A program made the position numbers and the translations under genes. The notes under the pieces are model-generated. The model made no database searches. It saw only the letters and a list, made by a program, of their open reading frames with translations, and had not been told where the DNA came from. This document shows positions 59,205 through 64,000 of a stretch of 64,000 nucleotides of DNA, one piece after another (positions within the stretch are counted from its first letter, which is position 1; each line of letters begins with the position of its first letter). The DNA comes from the human T2T-CHM13v2.0 reference genome, Homo sapiens: the NCBI RefSeq assembly GCF_009914755.1, contig NC_060932.1; one strand, given 5' to 3'.

Positions 59205-59653
59205 TATTCTGGGTTAAATCGTGTCCCTTCAAAAGATTTGTTGCAGTCATGACCCAGTACTTCAAAATGTGATCTGATATGGAAATAACATAATTGCAGA
59301 TGAAATTAGTTAATTTAAGATTTGGTCATACTAAAGTAGGCTGGGACCTTAATCCAGTGTGACTTGTATCCTTATAAGAAGACGACAGAGATAGGAAGGG
59401 CACCGCATGAAGACAAAGGCAGAGACTGGAGTGATGTATCTGCAAGCCAAGGAAAATCAAGGATTGCAGGCACACACCAGAAACTAGGAGACGGGCAATG
59501 AACAGATTCTCCCTCAAAGCCCTCATAAAGAACTCACCCCGCCAACACCTTGATTTCAGACTTTTAGACACCAGAACTGTGAAAAAATACATGCGTTGCA
59601 TTAAGCCACCAATTTTTGATACTTTCTTATGGCAGCCTTAAGAAAATACTACA
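59205..59653 (+). mobile_element. MLT1C-like solo LTR
   Basis: gggttaaatcgtgtccc...ttgcagatgaaattagttaa...ccaacaccttgatttcagactt..ccagaactgtga..ttaagccacc..tatggcagcc. Confidence 0.88.
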
Positions 59654-60714
59654 GTATTTTATTTATGAAGTATATATATTGGCTTATACTCACTCAGCTG
59701 ATGTATTATTATTGTCTTCTGAAAAAATGTAAAACTACACAGTATTAAGCACGTGGGCTTTAGAAATAAGCTGGGCTCAGATATTTACTCAGTCACTTAG
59801 TAACTGTGTGGTAAGAAAAAAGTATTCATGCTTTTTAACTCTGAAAGTCTCATTTATAATATGTATAAAATATTTTCTTCCTTGGCATGTGAGATCTGAT
59901 ATTTAATTTTAACTGGTATCTTTAAAGTTTTCTCCCTATATTGTTTGGCTTACAGAGGTGAGAAGTCAACATCACTTGCCCTTGCTTGCACACAAACACA
60001 TCTTGTTAACACTACATGCATGCATTCCAAACGTACAGACTATATAACGCCACACAGTAAAGCTATGAACAAATTATTCTACTCAAGCCTCTTAGTCTTT
60101 CTTCTCATTGAAGAGTTTAGAATTGACACAGTGTAATGTCAGGAAATTCTAATATTGCCAATTAAATACACGAGTCACATTTTCTACAGCTCATAGTGAT
60201 ATTTCTTAGAATTATCAGTGTCACAAATGCAGTTACTTCCGTATTGTCAGTATAACTCACCTGTGTCTATTAAATGAATAACCTGGCCAGCTGATGAGAT
60301 TGCTATTTGATTCAATGCATCTTTTTGTAAGTACATATTAAGCCATATTACAACATAAAGCAATTGGTTCCCTCATGTTGAATGTTGTCATATGTAATTC
60401 TTACTATTTCCCAGTGAATGGACAAGGAATTGAGGTAATCAAAGCACCCATGAGGCTTTCATCACTCACTTAGCATGAGTTCTAAACTGAATGATCTAGG
60501 AAGTTCACTGAAGTTTTTGTGTGAGCCTAAGAATAGGACAGTGGTGTAAGCGCTGCCAGATGTGCTTCTACATTTGGAATGTACATAATGCAAGGCTTTC
60601 TTGAAGAAATACTTCAACTAGAAAGTAGGCAAGTACGTTGCATAAAATCAAGATAATATCTATAAATATAACAACATAAATTCAATAGTATATTCTGTGT
60701 AGTGCAAAGAGAGG

Positions 60715-60880
60715 TACTATAGTATGGTGTTTTTGTATATAATTTATTGGGTCAGACTGCATAAGGTGGATTATTTCTTCATCACTTAATATTTGTGTGA
60801 CCTTAACTAATGACTCCTTTACTTTGGACTTCAATTTCCTCATCTTTATAATGGAAATAATAATATTTATTTATGTGAAG
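60715..60880 (+). mobile_element. MIR fragment
   Basis: gtcagactgc..atcacttaatatttgtgtgacctt..cttcaatttcctcatctttataatggaaataataata. Confidence 0.7.
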
Positions 60881-61289
60881 ATCATGGGCCTTCCAAATAG
60901 TCCATCAACTTCTTCATTTCCGTGTCCCCTGGAAGTAAGTTCAAGGCAAAACCATTTTTCTGCTGAAAAAAATATGACCTGATTGATTTCTGGAATTTAT
61001 TTTAGTCAAAGAGTGGGATGCATATGTATGATTCTTCAGTTTCTCTATTCTTGTGATAGCCAGAAGTGGACCAGGTAGAAAGAACGAAAACAACTCCATA
61101 CACTTCCAGGCTTCCATCCTTGATCCACAAACGGTAGTCTCTTTGCGGCTAAACATTGTTTCTCCTGATGCAGATAACCTTCAGTGATTGTCATGGGCCA
61201 TGGCTACTTGGCAGTTTAGGGTTTTTATTCAACCACTTTTTCATTTGTGGGATGCTCATACAACCCTTTGATTAAACTGTTACTTAGAT

Positions 61290-61619
<330 letters not shown>

Positions 61620-61699
61620 TTAAAAATGAAATTTGACTGTTACAACTTTCTTGTCCTTTCATCAGGCCTATAATCATAAGCAATCTGTGCTCTCTGACA

Positions 61700-62520
61700 C
61701 CTGGGTTTGAGGCAACTACTTCAGAGGAGAAACTTATTCTTCATAGTTTTATTTACATCCAAAGAATGTTTATCACAAGTGAAGGGAACATTAGATTCAG
61801 CTGGTCTTTTTCTTATTGAAGGAACAGTTATGAACTCTTGGAACTTAAATATTCCACTTCTCAGTAATGGCTGAGGTTTAGGGCCCCATTGTCTTTCCTT
61901 GAGAATTTTAGATATGTTATTTCTGATATATACTTTTGTCATAAATTGATGATATATAAGACTTCCTACATTTTCCCTTTATACCTCATGCTTTTGTTTT
62001 TGTCTAGATTCTCAAAGAACTGATTCTTTTTCTTGAAGTCGAGCAGTTCTATTGGAATACATATTGATCATTCTGGAACATTACGTAGTTTTCTTTTTTT
62101 AATTCAATAAAGTTTTTCTGAATAATACATTTTAGTATGCGTTCTGCTCCCTTGCATGATTTTCTCCTTCAGAAATTTCTATTAACTCAGAGTTTTATTG
62201 TCTATATTTAATATTCATTACTTTCTGTTGAAAAACTTATATTGATTTTATATTTTGTTTTTTTTTTCTTTTTTAACGTTTATGCGTCTTAATGCATTAT
62301 TATTTTTGTAATTCACTCCTGGGTTCTTATTTGTTTAATCTTAATTTCTAATACTTAAAAAAGTTAATTATTTCTGCATTCCTGCCACCCATTTCAGATA
62401 TTTATAACTTTCACATATTGTATTTTCATATGTCCTATAAATATCTTAATGTTTCTTAATCATTTCGAATAACAGGTTAAGGTTTTGATATTTTTAGCAG
62501 ATTTTTGATGTGAGTATACA
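61700..62520 (-). mobile_element. Decayed ancient L1ME-type fragment
   Basis: T-rich with weak antisense ORF1-like segments (ttttctccttcagaaatttctattaactc); boundaries approximate. Confidence 0.4.
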
Positions 62521-62601
62521 GTGTTAGCAGTGTTCCTAATCCTCTTGTTCTCAAGATAATTTTGGTTAAAATTAGACCTTCATAATTTTCTATGAATGCA
62601 C

Positions 62602-62643
62602 GTGTTTGTGTGTCTGTGTGTGTGTCTGTGTCTGTGTGTGTGT
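62602..62643. repeat. Imperfect (TG)n microsatellite
   Basis: Directly visible. Confidence 0.85.
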
Positions 62644-63419
62644 CAAATTAGTTTCTGTAAGTTTTAGGCAGAAGTTTGGTTCAGTAGCTTTTCTGAATTC
62701 ACAATATTTCCTTTTCTATTGTTTCACATAATGTTAAAAATATGGGTTTCCTCTACCCATAGCTAAGGTGAACTTCTCAATTTAAACAACTGCAGAAGTG
62801 TACACATTTATAAGTGAACTGTTTTCTGGTGTTGGATAACAAACAGCAGAGCGAGAGAAGTTGGATCCATAAGTGAGCTCCACATTCACCCAAGGTTTTA
62901 CCTTTGAATGCATTCCTAATCAGGAAAGCAGATCGAAGCTGAGCCGAGGTGCATACATGGGAAAATCAGAGCTTCTCAGTTCGCAAATTTGTCAGGCAGG
63001 TTTTTGGAAAGGTAAAGTTATACAGAAGAGGACCCCCACCCAGAAAACTGTGAAGGGATTCTCCTAAAGTCCTTGGCCAAAAGCTTGGCAGCACATTCAT
63101 GGAGGCCTCTGGGAAGCCTAGCAGCAAGTCATTGTTGATGTATAGAGATTCAGAGGTTATGCATTTCTGAAGCTAAAGCTCTGCCAGAATGAAGAGCTCT
63201 CATGAAGCAATTAGATTATTTAATTGAACCTTATGCAGGCAATTTTGTCAGGCAACTAAATTACTGGTGGATACTCTTGAATCTGTTCAAGGAGATTGTG
63301 TGTGTGTGTGTGTAAGTGTGTATACATACATTTGTATATGTGTGTATATATACATATATTATAATATATGGTAAAAACTGCAATAAGTAGGAACACATCA
63401 AGTGTTGACCCATATGTTG

Positions 63420-64000
63420 GAAATAGGGGACAAGGACTTTGATGCTGCTATTTTAAATATAAATACAGACATGAAGAACAGTATCATCTTATTGGTTGCA
63501 TAAGACTCTACAGAAATAGAATCTATTAAAATGAAAATTCTATAACTAAAAATCATAATACTGACAAACAATTGTATATTGATTATGTAATATATCATAT
63601 TACGAAGCTAGAAAGCCAATCCACACAAATTGAAAGTGGAACAAATTGAAAGTGGAAAAATGAAGGTAGACATTAACAAAGTTGGAAACATAAATTTAAG
63701 CTTACAGATAGAATATATTAGTTATTTTGATAAATTCCTAACATAGTTGATCAAGATAAAAATGAAAAAATAAATAATCATTAGAAATGATGGAGATACC
63801 ATTAGACATTGTAAATACCTTAAACTAGTAAGCAATATGAAGAAAAATGTTTACATTAATACATTTAATAACTTACATGACATGAACAAAGTTCTCGAAA
63901 ACTCAGTTTAGCAAAGTTGATACAAAAGGAATTTAAAACACTGAAGGGGCCTAAATCACTTTAAAAGAATTATAATTTTAAAATATTTTGAAAAAAGTCT
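63420..64000 (+). mobile_element. Ancient L1M fragment(s), running off the window end
   Basis: A-rich; catttaataacttacatgacatgaacaaagttctcgaaaactca resembles the ORF2 NL.EMDKFL region. Confidence 0.6.

Overview
AT-rich, repeat-dense primate (human-like) non-coding DNA. I find no host protein-coding gene, RNA gene or CRISPR array. Every long ORF in the track is a decayed L1 ORF1/ORF2, an ERVL gag/pro/pol remnant, or a chance ORF. Main contents: a full-length L1PA7-like element with a perfect 16-bp TSD (46627-53351); three 5'-truncated L1s; an MLT2/ERVL provirus remnant with two nested solo LTRs; an MLT1 element; several solo LTRs; six Alus and one FAM/FLAM monomer; hAT and Tigger DNA-transposon fossils; MIR/L2 fragments; and microsatellites. 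Repeat subfamily names come from my recollection of consensus sequences, not from a database search. I cannot support a new gene system here. The most unusual signal is a set of locally templated insertions with scrambled or microhomology junctions: 5743-5915 copied from 7404-7577, 37329-37436 from 38268-38370, and 48406-48662 from 50388-50644. In all three the donor lies 0.9-2 kb to the right. Also notable are a very short inverted ORF1 piece at the 5' end of an L1 (17700-17735) and a perfect DUX4-type motif in an MLT2A1 LTR.
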